A DNA stretch of 64,000 nucleotides from a virus, in the IMG/VR virus record IMGVR_UViG_3300005613_000009, positions 32,001-96,000 of that record; one strand, given 5' to 3'. Below the pieces are notes generated by a model. It saw only the letters and a list, made by a program, of their open reading frames with translations, was not told where the DNA came from and did no database searches. Shown piece after piece: positions 28,252 through 38,402 of the stretch. The position numbers and the translations under genes are program-made. Each line of letters opens with the position of its first letter. Position 1 is the stretch's first letter.

Positions 28252-28707
28252 TCATTCAATATAGTTTTTTGCTTTAGTTCTTTGTGCAATACTAATTTTT
28301 ATATCCGGATCAAGATCAGCAAAATTATATTCAATGCCGTCCTTATAAACCCGAGCCTTAATACAACATCCGACATTAAACCCCATTACCTCTTCAACAA
28401 CTTTTTTATCTATTCGGGCCTGTTCGATAAAATATTTCGATAAACCACAAATAGCCTTGTTTCCTTCGAAGTAAAGACCTGGGCATAACTTATATTTGTC
28501 AATATCGTAAATTTTCATCCCAACTGGACAAGTTTCGACTAAGCAACACATCCCACATCGACAACATTTTTGTGGATATTTCTGGTTATGTGATGTTGGT
28601 TTTTCTTTTGAAACATTGTATGAATTCGGTGCTATTTGCATGAATCTTATCTGTGATAATTTCATTGAGTCTTCCATCGTTAAATCTAACAATGTATCCA
28701 TGGACAT
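28252..28707 (-). CDS. Cys-cluster protein (YkgJ-like; start probably internal)
   Basis: CCRCGMCC..ETCP...LCPGL...AICGL. Confidence 0.6.
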   Translation of the reverse strand: MSMDTLLDLTMEDSMKLSQIRFMQIAPNSYNVSKEKPTSHNQKYPQKCCRCGMCCLVETCPVGMKIYDIDKYKLCPGLYFEGNKAICGLSKYFIEQARIDKKVVEEVMGFNVGCCIKARVYKDGIEYNFADLDPDIKISIAQRTKAKNYIE

Positions 28708-29212
28708 CTCCTATTATAGTATCTAAAGGTGATAAAAAATCATCGTCATGCTTAAATATATTCCATAATGGAACAGCCCAACTGGAATCAAGTGGGAGTT
28801 CGGTGTTTTGCATATAATAAGATAAAAATAGATTTGCTACGTCCGATTCTTCTGTTATTTCATTTGATATTTTGATAAAAAAACACGATTTATCACTTAT
28901 TTCATCTTTATTCTGTTGTTCAACAATATATTTAGGATAAATAATAGACTGAAACAATCCTGAAGGAAGTTTTTTATGCTGGAAAGTGTAATTAAAATAC
29001 CCTTTGTAAAGTTCATAAGTTTTGTTATCGTTTTTTTTGATCCAGACCATAGATCTTTGTATGAATTTGGCAACTATTGCTTTCACAGCAACCTGGAACC
29101 CGGCAATAGCAATAAAATACACAATTCCATCGTATGGGTTTAAAACACAATGTGTGCAATATGCATTTATATCAGATGAAATCACTTTGCATATTTCATT
29201 ATTTTCCATCAT
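28586..29212 (-). CDS. Hypothetical protein of MTase/helicase-type MGE modules
   Basis: In-operon ORF with AAGGTG RBS. Confidence 0.65.
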   Translation of the reverse strand: MMENNEICKVISSDINAYCTHCVLNPYDGIVYFIAIAGFQVAVKAIVAKFIQRSMVWIKKNDNKTYELYKGYFNYTFQHKKLPSGLFQSIIYPKYIVEQQNKDEISDKSCFFIKISNEITEESDVANLFLSYYMQNTELPLDSSWAVPLWNIFKHDDDFLSPLDTIIGDVHGYIVRFNDGRLNEIITDKIHANSTEFIQCFKRKTNIT

Positions 29213-29222
29213 AAGACACCTT

Positions 29223-29747
29223 TTAAATATTGTTTACTAAAAAATGTTTAAAAATATTTGCAGTATCTTTTTTTATCTTACTTAAATCACCATTGTCTGA
29301 GAAGCTATAATATTTATCATTACCTATAATAATATGATCAAATAACTGAGCATCTACAATTTTTCCTGCTACAAAAATTGTTCTTGTAGTTTCGATATCT
29401 TCATGTGATGGTTCTACATCGCCTGAAGGATGGTTATGTGTGAGAACAAATGCAGCTGCTTTAGCAGCTAATATCTTTTTTATGATTTCTCTCATGTGGA
29501 TAATACTCCTCATGAGTGTTCCAGATGACAAAATTTCTATTGCAAGTATTTGATTCGCTGAATTTAGAAAAATCGCATACATTTTTTCCACATCATCCTC
29601 TTGTGCAAAAATTGGTTTCATAATTGAAAAAACCATTTTAGAGCATGAGATTTTTTTCCCAGGAACAGATTCTTTAATCATTTCTGCAATTTCCCCAGAT
29701 CGCAATTTTTTCCAAAAACTTGTTTGGTCGTATGTTATTGAATCCAT
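29223..29747 (-). CDS. radC: RadC-like JAB-domain protein
   Basis: E....IFLNSANQILA...LTHNHPSGDVEPSHED...LFDHIIIG. Confidence 0.93.
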   Translation of the reverse strand: MDSITYDQTSFWKKLRSGEIAEMIKESVPGKKISCSKMVFSIMKPIFAQEDDVEKMYAIFLNSANQILAIEILSSGTLMRSIIHMREIIKKILAAKAAAFVLTHNHPSGDVEPSHEDIETTRTIFVAGKIVDAQLFDHIIIGNDKYYSFSDNGDLSKIKKDTANIFKHFLVNNI

Positions 29748-29774
29748 TCTAATACTCCTGTGTAAATATATTCT

Positions 29775-30857
29775 TTATTCGATTGTCAATAATTCACCTT
29801 CTTGGTTGTAAGCATTTACTCGAATTTTGACTCTATGAGTTTCAACTGTTTTAGCATTTTCACCTATGCCAGTTGTTTGAGTATCTATAACTTTTCGAGT
29901 AGAGCCCCTAACAAGTAATGGATTTTCGCCGTTTTTGTCTGTAACAACTCCATTCATCAAACCACTAGCCAGTGCTTGAGCTAAATGTCCATATTTCATG
30001 GGCATAATTGGTCTTGTATTTACCTTATCAATTGTTTTCATGTTAAATTTGTTAACAAAATCTTCAATTAATCCATATTGTTTTATTTCATTAACAAGTT
30101 CGTTTGGATTAATTACGGTTGTGGAAAATAATATTTTTAATTTTCTTTGTTTATTTGATAAAATAGGAATATCATAATTGTTGTTTAACCACGATGTAAT
30201 GATATTTGGTGTAACCACTTCGTTTCGGCCACACTTAATTAAATATTGTTCAGATGATAAATTTCTTTCGATTTTTTGTTTAAGCTTTGCAAAAATTACA
30301 ACCTGTTTAAAACGATCATACAAGTCTGATGGAAACTGAAAAATTTTAATATTTTTGAAATTGTGAGAAAGAATACGTGCAATTCTTACAGAAATACGTA
30401 CCCGTGGAATAATATAGACCAATATTCCATCTGGTTTCAAATATCGGATTGAATCCTTAAGAAACGAAAGTTCGTAACGTTTAGATTGTTGGATATCCAT
30501 GTCTAAAGACATTGTTTGATCATCGTAAGGCGGATTTAGATACAAAAGATTAAATACACGATTGCTAATTCGAGTTTTCTTGTAATCCGTAATTAAACAA
30601 TGATCAATTATCTTTTTGGCGAGTTTACCGCGTTCAGGGCTAATTTCAATACCATAAGTCTCAATTTTCGCTATTGTTTTATCACGCAATAATTTTGCTA
30701 TATATGCTAATGGCTCACCATCTCCTACACATGGGTCTATTACCCGAATTAATCCATTAGAATCATTGAATTGACACTTAAGATATTTAGATATGGCTTC
30801 ATATATCGGTTTTGGTGTAGGATAAAAACCAGCTTTTGCTTGTGCTGCAAGCCTCAT
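29775..30857 (-). CDS. N6-adenine-type DNA methyltransferase (DUF6094-like)
   Basis: MRLAAQAKAGFYPTP, IDPCVGDG (motif I), LYLNPPYD (motif IV). Confidence 0.88.
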   Translation of the reverse strand: MRLAAQAKAGFYPTPKPIYEAISKYLKCQFNDSNGLIRVIDPCVGDGEPLAYIAKLLRDKTIAKIETYGIEISPERGKLAKKIIDHCLITDYKKTRISNRVFNLLYLNPPYDDQTMSLDMDIQQSKRYELSFLKDSIRYLKPDGILVYIIPRVRISVRIARILSHNFKNIKIFQFPSDLYDRFKQVVIFAKLKQKIERNLSSEQYLIKCGRNEVVTPNIITSWLNNNYDIPILSNKQRKLKILFSTTVINPNELVNEIKQYGLIEDFVNKFNMKTIDKVNTRPIMPMKYGHLAQALASGLMNGVVTDKNGENPLLVRGSTRKVIDTQTTGIGENAKTVETHRVKIRVNAYNQEGELLTIE

Positions 30858-30983
30858 TATATGCACCTATTTTAATGACTATTTTTTTTATTGGGATCAC
30901 CTACTTTTCAGTAGGCAATCCCTATTGAAGGAGGATTTCACAAAAAAAACAGATAAAAAAAAGAAAAAATACCATTTTACTGC

Positions 30984-31012
30984 TTGACTTTAGCGATTGC
31001 ATTATACATAAT
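30984..31012 (+). promoter_or_regulatory. Sigma70-type promoter pointing against the local gene direction
   Basis: TTGACT(30984)-17-CATAAT(31007). Confidence 0.5.
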
Positions 31013-31076
31013 AAATCATCCTTTTTTTTGTTGTGTTTTTCATCGTCAATGTTCTTTTTCAACCTTCTTCTACATG

Positions 31077-31118
31077 AAAAAACCTCTTTGGCATTAACTT
31101 GTCAAAGAGGTTCTTTTA
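31077..31118. terminator. Bidirectional terminator
   Basis: AACCTCTTTG/CAAAGAGGTT stem flanked by A- and T-runs. Confidence 0.75.
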
Positions 31119-31119
31119 T

Positions 31120-31518
31120 TCAACTTATCGTTTTATTTGTAAATATTTTTTTTTCATATGGCATAAGTTCTGGTAGAAATGTTGATTTTGTGATATCTAC
31201 TTTGTAAAACCAATGAGTTACAAATAGTGTTTGGTTCAGGATTTCCCATGCTTTTAAAGTTTTTATTGCATTTGTATTTTCTCCTGTTTTTAATGCCTGA
31301 ATGGCCCTACCCTTGGCAATCTGACGTCCTTTACGTTTACATGGCTGATCCATATTGCTGCAAACAGCAATACCACGACTGTATGCTTGTCCGGATGACA
31401 ATAAACAAACTGTTACAATCGGACGATTTTTATTGTCTTTTAGATAATAGTAGATCTCATCGTCTATCTTAATATTATGATTATTGCCATTGTCTTTATA
31501 CCCTACGCCTTTTGCCAT
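31120..31518 (-). CDS. Hypothetical phage protein
   Basis: RBS-led ORF; GIAVCS..D...KRKGR.IAKGRA..AL motif seen in phage proteins. Confidence 0.7.
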   Translation of the reverse strand: MAKGVGYKDNGNNHNIKIDDEIYYYLKDNKNRPIVTVCLLSSGQAYSRGIAVCSNMDQPCKRKGRQIAKGRAIQALKTGENTNAIKTLKAWEILNQTLFVTHWFYKVDITKSTFLPELMPYEKKIFTNKTIS

Positions 31519-31536
31519 TGTTTGTTCTCCTTTTTT

Positions 31537-31842
31537 TTAAGTATGTAACGACCAATGTGGAAAAGCAGGTGCATTTAATTCTACCGAAAAAGTTTCTTCG
31601 AACCCATGCAATATCATTCCACCGCTCAACACCAAGCTTTCACCGTTTCTGATAGTAAAGACAAAACTATTTTGTACGAAATCTTTTCCAAGAAACAATG
31701 TGCCATTGAGGTTCCTTCTGATATTGTTTAGACTTTTTAAACAATGAAAAAATGATTCCTTTGTGTCTCCACCAATTTTCCTTGCTAAATTCAAAGCTTC
31801 TTTAAAATGTTTCATGTCATGTATTACTGTTTTTTCATGCAT
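31537..31842 (-). CDS. Hypothetical protein
   Basis: RBS-led in-operon ORF. Confidence 0.7.
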   Translation of the reverse strand: MHEKTVIHDMKHFKEALNLARKIGGDTKESFFHCLKSLNNIRRNLNGTLFLGKDFVQNSFVFTIRNGESLVLSGGMILHGFEETFSVELNAPAFPHWSLHT

Positions 31843-31886
31843 TTTTTAGACCCCTTTTTTTTGGAATAATAATGTTTATAGATTTA

Positions 31887-32234
31887 CTACCAATTAATTT
31901 GACGCATAACACTTTCAACTCGTTCTGGATTGATTTCGTTCGGGAATTTGGAAATAACATAATATAGTTTTTTACCTTCTGATGGAAATAACTCGATCAA
32001 TTCAAAATCAGAAATATCCATAGCCCCGCGGTCCTCTTCTAAGATACAAACTTTTAACGGTCGGTCTGATATAGTATGTTGAATTAAGCCTCCTTCAATG
32101 TGGATAATAATATTTGTTGGATCCCGTTCTGATCCATTAACTGTTTGGCCTTTGATCTTTTTCCATGTATCTATAATCGACATTTTATATACCTTTTTTC
32201 CCTTAACAACTGGCCTGTTGTTTGCATATTTCAT
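31887..32234 (-). CDS. Hypothetical protein
   Basis: In-operon ORF. Confidence 0.65.
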   Translation of the reverse strand: MKYANNRPVVKGKKVYKMSIIDTWKKIKGQTVNGSERDPTNIIIHIEGGLIQHTISDRPLKVCILEEDRGAMDISDFELIELFPSEGKKLYYVISKFPNEINPERVESVMRQINW

Positions 32235-32424
32235 CTTCTGTCATTTGAAGACCATCCTCAATAAGACAATCCAAGGCATCGTCTAGAGAATCAAAACTTC
32301 CAAACTGTTCCCAATCATCGATTTGTTCACCATTACGCCGGAAGATATCAACCCAACGCTTATTCTCTTTGGTATGCGCAGTATCAATTATCCAATTATC
32401 AAAACCATTTATAATAAGTTCCAT
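32203..32424 (-). CDS. Hypothetical acidic protein
   Basis: CAGGAGG RBS; first gene after the 32506 promoter. Confidence 0.7.
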   Translation of the reverse strand: MELIINGFDNWIIDTAHTKENKRWVDIFRRNGEQIDDWEQFGSFDSLDDALDCLIEDGLQMTEDEICKQQASC

Positions 32425-32476
32425 AATTGCCTCCTGAATTATTATCTTATTACAGTCAGTGATTAAATTCGTATGT

Positions 32477-32506
32477 ACTATACGCTATAAGCGCATATAT
32501 TGTCAA
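32477..32506 (-). promoter_or_regulatory. Sigma70-type promoter
   Basis: TTGACA-18-TATAGT with an A/T-rich upstream tract; TAGCGTATA overlaps the spacer and -10. Confidence 0.7.
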
Positions 32507-32642
32507 TAAAAAAATAAAAAATTTTACAAGAAAACAAATAAAAAAATAAAATATAATGAAATTTCAGCAGAATACGTGGTTTGATGTTGTGAAGAGTTTA
32601 TTTAGATTTTGTTTTTTCTATATCGGTTGTGTCTTTCTCAAT

Positions 32643-32771
32643 TTAGATAAGCCCACTGCCACCACATTTTGTACATGTATCAACACCGATTGGATCTTTG
32701 AGCGACGATCCATAGCCGTTGCAATGATCACATTGTTTGTATCCGTATTCTTCCGGATTTATCATTTCCAT
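32643..32771 (-). CDS. 42-aa DnaJ-type zinc-finger microprotein
   Basis: Absent from the track. MEMINPEEYGYKQCDHCNGYGSSLKDPIGVDTCTKCGGSGLI has two CxxCxGxG motifs. Confidence 0.7.
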   Translation of the reverse strand: MEMINPEEYGYKQCDHCNGYGSSLKDPIGVDTCTKCGGSGLI

Positions 32772-32775
32772 ATAC

Positions 32776-33024
32776 CTATATAGTTTCTTTTTCATGTGTT
32801 AACCACTCCATATCATTGACTTTTACTTTGTAAAAATCTTGTTTACAAAACAATACCTCTAATCTGTGTATTTTAACAACTTTTTGAGTATATTGCGTAT
32901 CGTGGTCCCATGCACTGAAATAAATATATTGACCTTGATGCCTATGTAATATGTCCAAACCATTTACCTTTGGATATGGATGTAGATAACCTTCAATTTT
33001 TTTAAGTGATGCACTTTTCCCCAT
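32776..33024 (-). CDS. Hypothetical protein
   Basis: RBS-led ORF. Confidence 0.65.
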   Translation of the reverse strand: MGKSASLKKIEGYLHPYPKVNGLDILHRHQGQYIYFSAWDHDTQYTQKVVKIHRLEVLFCKQDFYKVKVNDMEWLTHEKETI

Positions 33025-33057
33025 AGCCTTATCCCTTTAAATTTTAAAAATTATATC

Positions 33058-33312
33058 TTATTTAACATCTCTAATGTACTTATCTAAATATGGTATTTTC
33101 GTGACAATTTTTCTTGCGTGAGGATAATCAGGAAGATCTTCTATCCATAATATCCTATCGCTGTTGTCTTTAATTGTTGCATGCCTAATTTCCGGCTGAA
33201 AATTTATGAGAATAGCGTTATATTCCGAACAAATACGATTAACATTTCTTCGGTTAAATACCCATTCACGACTGTCTATCGTTACATCAAATTTATTTAT
33301 TATTCGTAACAT
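33058..33312 (-). CDS. Hypothetical protein
   Basis: GAGGA RBS, in operon. Confidence 0.6.
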   Translation of the reverse strand: MLRIINKFDVTIDSREWVFNRRNVNRICSEYNAILINFQPEIRHATIKDNSDRILWIEDLPDYPHARKIVTKIPYLDKYIRDVK

Positions 33313-33391
33313 TTATCATGTCCTCTATCCATAACATAATTATTTTTTTCACTGTTATTTTTTTTTATTTTTTGGAGTGAAACAGTTGTAA

Positions 33392-33685
33392 TTAATACGG
33401 CAAACCTCTTCTTACCGCATTTGCCCATGCCAACCTGGTCTTGTCGTAAGTCTCAGGGAAGCCTTTAATATATCGTTCGAAATCTCCTCCTCTGGGAACC
33501 AATTCGTTGATTACAAAAATTGACATTGGTTTGTCAGGATTCCCTGGGCATGGTTTCGTTTGTGCTCTTATTGCTTTTACGCCAGAACGACCGATAAATT
33601 GTCGATAAAATTTTAGCTGGCTATTCTGGATTGTCATGGCTTCATTGTACGTTAGTGTTATCATATTTTTTTCCTTCTTCTGCAT
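33392..33685 (-). CDS. Hypothetical protein (start probably MITLTY)
   Basis: In-operon ORF. Confidence 0.6.
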   Translation of the reverse strand: MQKKEKNMITLTYNEAMTIQNSQLKFYRQFIGRSGVKAIRAQTKPCPGNPDKPMSIFVINELVPRGGDFERYIKGFPETYDKTRLAWANAVRRGLPY

Positions 33686-33851
33686 GATGTCTTACTGCTT
33701 TTATGAAATTTCTAATTCCAGCTCTCCAGCAATCCCACCATGGGGCATAATCCTCGTGATTTGCCAAGCTAATCCCTTGTTGTTCAGCATATTCACAAAA
33801 TTCTTCCCAACCAAAAGACTTTTTTTCAGATTCTTCCGACAAATTCATCAC
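33642..33851 (-). CDS. Hypothetical protein
   Basis: AGGAGGTG RBS. Confidence 0.65.
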   Translation of the reverse strand: MMNLSEESEKKSFGWEEFCEYAEQQGISLANHEDYAPWWDCWRAGIRNFIKAVRHHAEEGKKYDNTNVQ

Positions 33852-33857
33852 CTCCTA

Positions 33858-34571
33858 TTATAGATTTTCCTTTAGTATTTTGAGATTTGCATTGATTAAC
33901 TTCATTTTAACTTTATATTTTTCAAATTCAGTTTGATATGTTTTAAATTCATCACGATATTTTTCAGCAGCTTTTTTATCTGCTTTTTGGATTCTTCCGT
34001 AGTCATGATAAGAAGTCGTGAAGAAATAGTCTCCGATCTCGTCTTGATAAAGTGTCAATGACTTGTTCTTAAGGATAATTTCAGTTTTGCCATTAGGTTT
34101 ATTTAATTGTTCACGTTGCTTGTCATATACCTTTTTCCACTCCTGTGGCCAACAGTGATAATTATTAATTCGATCTTTTATCCAGGATTCTTCCGTTTCG
34201 TTTTCGTCAATCAAACCTTCCTGCTTCCATTCTTTAAATTGCGCTTCTGCCCAAGCTGGATCCAAGTCTTTTTTCCATGAATCTAATTCATTGTCGCTCC
34301 AATGATATCCTTTAATCGGGCAAATTCCAGAATGAGGCGCACGAGGTTTATTAAGACTTTGGATTAGTGCAATTGTATCATCTACCAAGGCTCCTATGGC
34401 GTAGTCATATTTTACGATTGAAAACCAACCACTGTCGCCAGGATAACCTAACGATCGACCGTCTTCTTCTATATATTCATGTTTGATTTCTACCGGGAAA
34501 AATATTTGAAACTTATGTATTTCGGGTTTTATGTCGTACAGCTCATATTTTCCATCGATTATTTTTTCCAT
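33858..34571 (-). CDS. Hypothetical protein
   Basis: 237-aa ORF with RBS. Confidence 0.75.
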   Translation of the reverse strand: MEKIIDGKYELYDIKPEIHKFQIFFPVEIKHEYIEEDGRSLGYPGDSGWFSIVKYDYAIGALVDDTIALIQSLNKPRAPHSGICPIKGYHWSDNELDSWKKDLDPAWAEAQFKEWKQEGLIDENETEESWIKDRINNYHCWPQEWKKVYDKQREQLNKPNGKTEIILKNKSLTLYQDEIGDYFFTTSYHDYGRIQKADKKAAEKYRDEFKTYQTEFEKYKVKMKLINANLKILKENL

Positions 34572-34602
34572 TGTTATCCCTTTTTTCTTATATTATTTCA
34601 CA

Positions 34603-35049
34603 TTAGTTATACTCTTTATCCATGAAATTGTTTATGGCCATCAGCACTTCGGACTCAAGATAAATTCTATCTGTAGGATTTTCGTAGTCATTGGCTCGAA
34701 GTTCAAGTCCATATCCATCAAATGCCCCATAAACTCCGTCCCCAAAATATTCGTACTCTTTTTCGTGGTCCATATTTTCACATCCCTTCGGCTTTTGTAA
34801 TACCGGTGCGGCAGCGACCAGACTATCATTAGCCGTATGTTCTTTGTTTGAAATTCTTGTATCAATTTTATAAGCATGTGTTATATTATTGATATTTCTT
34901 TGTAATTCAACCGTTTTCTTAATAAGCGGTAGTACTATTAAGCTATCAATAGGAGTTCCTGCATCATTTATTTGCCTCAAATCTTTTAATACAAAGTCCA
35001 ATTTGTTGGTTACTTCTTGCAACAACTTGTCCATTATTTTAACCTCCAT
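34603..35049 (-). CDS. Hypothetical protein
   Basis: In-operon ORF. Confidence 0.65.
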   Translation of the reverse strand: MEVKIMDKLLQEVTNKLDFVLKDLRQINDAGTPIDSLIVLPLIKKTVELQRNINNITHAYKIDTRISNKEHTANDSLVAAAPVLQKPKGCENMDHEKEYEYFGDGVYGAFDGYGLELRANDYENPTDRIYLESEVLMAINNFMDKEYN

Positions 35050-36096
35050 TCATTCATTTACTAAGTTGTCCAACCCATATTCCCTTGAAAATTCAAACGC
35101 CCCGACTTTTATCCGGACCATATAACCGGTTCGGACTACTGTATTCTCGCATTTTTCCGATGTCCCTTCATGCTCTCGTAATTCAATAGTTGCTTGAGGC
35201 ATAAGCTTCCTAATTTTCTGAAGCTGTTCATACTCTTCGGAAGTCGCAGATTTTTTGGTGTATACATCATATTCACAATTACAATAACCATAATCATACG
35301 AATAGTCACAATCCTGATCACATGTACAAATATCGGATGCCTTGAGTTTCTCATACCGTGAAATGTCTTTAAGCTCAGCATACGACTCATCTCTGATAAT
35401 GTTCACAATTTCGTCTTTTGGCAACAGGTTCTCTGCCAAACGATTCTTTTGGGATTTAGTTCCTTTTTTTCTTACCCATTCAACGATTTGATCATCTTGC
35501 GCTTTGAGCTTTGCGGCTTGTGCTTCGAGTTTTGCGGTTCTTTGTTTTTCTTTTTCGGCCTTTGCTTTTTCACGATTAGCATCCTCGGCCTCTTTTTTTG
35601 CCTTATATCCAGCTTCGGCTTTTTCAAGCGCTGCTTCGGCTACAGATCCGATGCGTTTGATCTTGGTGAGGGCCTCTTTATGGTTAAGATCTTTTGCGTA
35701 TGTTTCCAAATAATTTTGGTAGGTGTACGATTTCCAATCCCATTGTCTAGGCCGTCCTCCTATAAATGTTACAATTTCCCAACATTCTTCGTCTTTTTTT
35801 GCCATAAATTCAGTGATGAGATCCAGCTTTTTTTGTTTTTCCTTTTCATTTCGTTCTTTTCTCAACGTAATACTTTTGTTGAGAAGATCTTTCATGGTTT
35901 CCATATCAGCAGTACCAGCAGTGCCCGGTACTTGGAAGACCTTTTGACCATTTCCATCATAATCGCTGTCCATTGCAAGTTCATCTCGTTGTTCTTGTGT
36001 GAGGGCTGCTGGATCAAAAACAATATCTATGTTACCGCTTTGATCGTTCCCAATTTTCAGGGCTTTTTTTGCATCAACACGAATTCTTGCTTTCAT
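35050..36096 (-). CDS. Hypothetical protein with Lys/Ala/Glu coiled coil and C-terminal Cys motif
   Basis: 348 aa, AAGGAG RBS. Confidence 0.8.
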   Translation of the reverse strand: MKARIRVDAKKALKIGNDQSGNIDIVFDPAALTQEQRDELAMDSDYDGNGQKVFQVPGTAGTADMETMKDLLNKSITLRKERNEKEKQKKLDLITEFMAKKDEECWEIVTFIGGRPRQWDWKSYTYQNYLETYAKDLNHKEALTKIKRIGSVAEAALEKAEAGYKAKKEAEDANREKAKAEKEKQRTAKLEAQAAKLKAQDDQIVEWVRKKGTKSQKNRLAENLLPKDEIVNIIRDESYAELKDISRYEKLKASDICTCDQDCDYSYDYGYCNCEYDVYTKKSATSEEYEQLQKIRKLMPQATIELREHEGTSEKCENTVVRTGYMVRIKVGAFEFSREYGLDNLVNE

Positions 36097-36183
36097 CGTA
36101 TTCTCCTTTTCCGAGCCATGCCCGGTTGATTAGAATGTTTACGGTTTATCCACAACCATGTTGTGGCACTTTATTTTTATCTT

Positions 36184-36756
36184 TTATCTCCAACATTCTA
36201 TTCTATTGCTTGGATCTTTGAACAAGTTCCAAAATGATTCTTGGTCTATTCCCTTATATTTTTCCCATGCTGGATGCTGCATTTCCTTATACTTTTCCCA
36301 TGCTAACGCTGCTATTCTTTTATGATCTCCAAGCGTTTGACATTTTCCTTCATAACACTTTTTCTTTTCTGAATGTATTATCTTCCAATACTCTTCCCAT
36401 GCTATTTTTTGCTCTATTTCTTCATACTCTTCCCATGCTGGCTTTGTTGTTTTCAAGTATTGTTTCGATGCTTCTGGAGTTAATATTGCTGTTGGAGTGC
36501 CCATTCCATAGAACAAACCCTTCTTCAACGCAGAAACTATTTCGGTCGGAAAATTGTCTGGGGTGCTGAAATTAATGCATTCTCTGTTAAATCCTGCAGA
36601 AAATCCATAATACTTTCTTATAGCCCCATGGCCGACCAAGTCTTTAGGGCTGCCACAGTATTCAGCCAACTCTTTTCCTTTCTCAGAATCAAGCTGTTTC
36701 TTGGTTAAGTAATACAGTCTCCCATCGTGTTCTATCCAGCTGATAAATTGGCACAT
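36184..36756 (-). CDS. Hypothetical protein with AW(E/K)xY helical repeats
   Basis: Four AWEEY/AWEKY units (cccatgct repeats on the plus strand). Confidence 0.75.
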   Translation of the reverse strand: MCQFISWIEHDGRLYYLTKKQLDSEKGKELAEYCGSPKDLVGHGAIRKYYGFSAGFNRECINFSTPDNFPTEIVSALKKGLFYGMGTPTAILTPEASKQYLKTTKPAWEEYEEIEQKIAWEEYWKIIHSEKKKCYEGKCQTLGDHKRIAALAWEKYKEMQHPAWEKYKGIDQESFWNLFKDPSNRIECWR

Positions 36757-36780
36757 ATTTTATTTCTCCTTGCAACTTTT

Positions 36781-38145
36781 TTAACACTCGAAAACAGTAA
36801 ACATCTCCAAAATATTATAACCATTAAACTTCCATGGACCGTCAGAATTACATTCAATCTCATTGTGATGTTTATCACAATAATCACCCCACAATTCTTG
36901 TACTTCTTCCGTATCATATTCGCATTCATTGTTAAAACATTCTAACAACTTATCACATTCGGGTGACTTTGGCACAAAATATATGTCTACACTATCAACA
37001 TCATGTACTAAAACAAGATAACCTTCTTTTGTTGTCCCTTTTTGGTTAAGTTCTTTGGTGTTATTCGGTAACTTTTTTGGTTTGCTTATTGCTGTGACAC
37101 AATCTTTTGTTTCATCCATATGCCATGTTGACATTTTTGCCCTCCTTATATTATGCCGAACAAAATCTAAAAAACTTGTGTCAAAACGTGCGTCTTGGAT
37201 TAATTCGACAACTCGTTTTGTGGTTTTTTTGTCAAGCATTTCTTTTGATATTTTAGAATCAATAAAATCTTTCTTAGACTTTCCAGAATAATGACCATCC
37301 GAGTCCCAATAACCGGACAATTTTTCGCCGTATACTTTCTCCTGTAATTTCGGAGTAATTGCCAATGTCCACAATAACTGCGTTAATGCGGCTGAACCTA
37401 TATCCGTAATATACATTGTTACCGGCCGATCAGGATTATAACCTATGTCGTCACCATGATAATCAACAAATATAACCGCATTAAGCACACACGTTCTAAA
37501 ATGGATTTGTGCCCATGTTCGAGATGATTGATTCATCCCATAATCTGTAAAGACACCGGCGTCTTCATCATAAACTGATTGGTGAAATGGATACAAATGT
37601 TGAGCAACAGGTATCGTCGCATAATAAACCGCATCTTGTATTTTATCAGCAATTTGCTGTGTCGTTTCAATCGTTGCGATTGATTGACGACAATTCAAAT
37701 CCACAAACGGGTCAAAATTTTCTTTTTTTGGAATTTCCATTTTTTCTAAGTATGGAATCCTCGGCACATGCCGATACTTGAGCGGCATTTCGAGCATTTT
37801 TCCTTCTTTAGCCCATATCGCCAATACCCAATCTTTTTTGCCGTCCGGTAACATATCGCACTGTTCTGTAGTCATATGCAGCACGTATGGCGAATCACTG
37901 AAATCTTCGAATAATAATTCTATTGCATCATCTAATTTCTGCGCTGGCCATGGACCACGTGATAAAATTGCATATTGCGCTGTACGAAATTCTCGGATGG
38001 CATGTTGTTGATTGTCTGGGACAAGAAGCCTGACACACCCTGCATTAGTGGAAACATAAAATTTTCCGTTGATAGCATATTCAGAATTAAAATAGTTCGT
38101 CGCTGCAATATTTTGGCCCATATTTCCAATCACTAAATGCTCCAT
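36781..38145 (-). CDS. Multidomain hypothetical protein; N-terminus resembles a plasmid/ICE-borne family
   Basis: NAGCVRLLVPD...SRGPW...ELLFED.SDSPY.LH motif. Confidence 0.75.
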   Translation of the reverse strand: MEHLVIGNMGQNIAATNYFNSEYAINGKFYVSTNAGCVRLLVPDNQQHAIREFRTAQYAILSRGPWPAQKLDDAIELLFEDFSDSPYVLHMTTEQCDMLPDGKKDWVLAIWAKEGKMLEMPLKYRHVPRIPYLEKMEIPKKENFDPFVDLNCRQSIATIETTQQIADKIQDAVYYATIPVAQHLYPFHQSVYDEDAGVFTDYGMNQSSRTWAQIHFRTCVLNAVIFVDYHGDDIGYNPDRPVTMYITDIGSAALTQLLWTLAITPKLQEKVYGEKLSGYWDSDGHYSGKSKKDFIDSKISKEMLDKKTTKRVVELIQDARFDTSFLDFVRHNIRRAKMSTWHMDETKDCVTAISKPKKLPNNTKELNQKGTTKEGYLVLVHDVDSVDIYFVPKSPECDKLLECFNNECEYDTEEVQELWGDYCDKHHNEIECNSDGPWKFNGYNILEMFTVFEC

Positions 38146-38156
38146 TTAAGACCTCC

Positions 38157-38402
38157 TTAGCATTTGTTGGTGTATTTATTTGACTGTAATATGTGGGCTT
38201 TAACCGAGAACTCTTTCAAATTGCTAATTATACCATTTAAAAAAACTTGAAGATTCCATTGTTCTGGTGGTGATTTCCGTGAAAATATAATGCTATCAAC
38301 ACCATCTTGTAGTTCACATTCAATTTGTTCTGATAGTTCCATAAATTGGCGTTGTTTTTCTTCATTTAAATAGGAATAAGCCATCATTTCTCCTTTTTTC
38401 AT
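38157..38402 (-). CDS. Hypothetical protein
   Basis: In-operon ORF. Confidence 0.6.
   Translation of the reverse strand: MKKGEMMAYSYLNEEKQRQFMELSEQIECELQDGVDSIIFSRKSPPEQWNLQVFLNGIISNLKEFSVKAHILQSNKYTNKC

Noticed and set aside
30893-30922. Hairpin as a terminator
   Set aside because: The stem is real, but no T-run follows on either strand; function unassigned.
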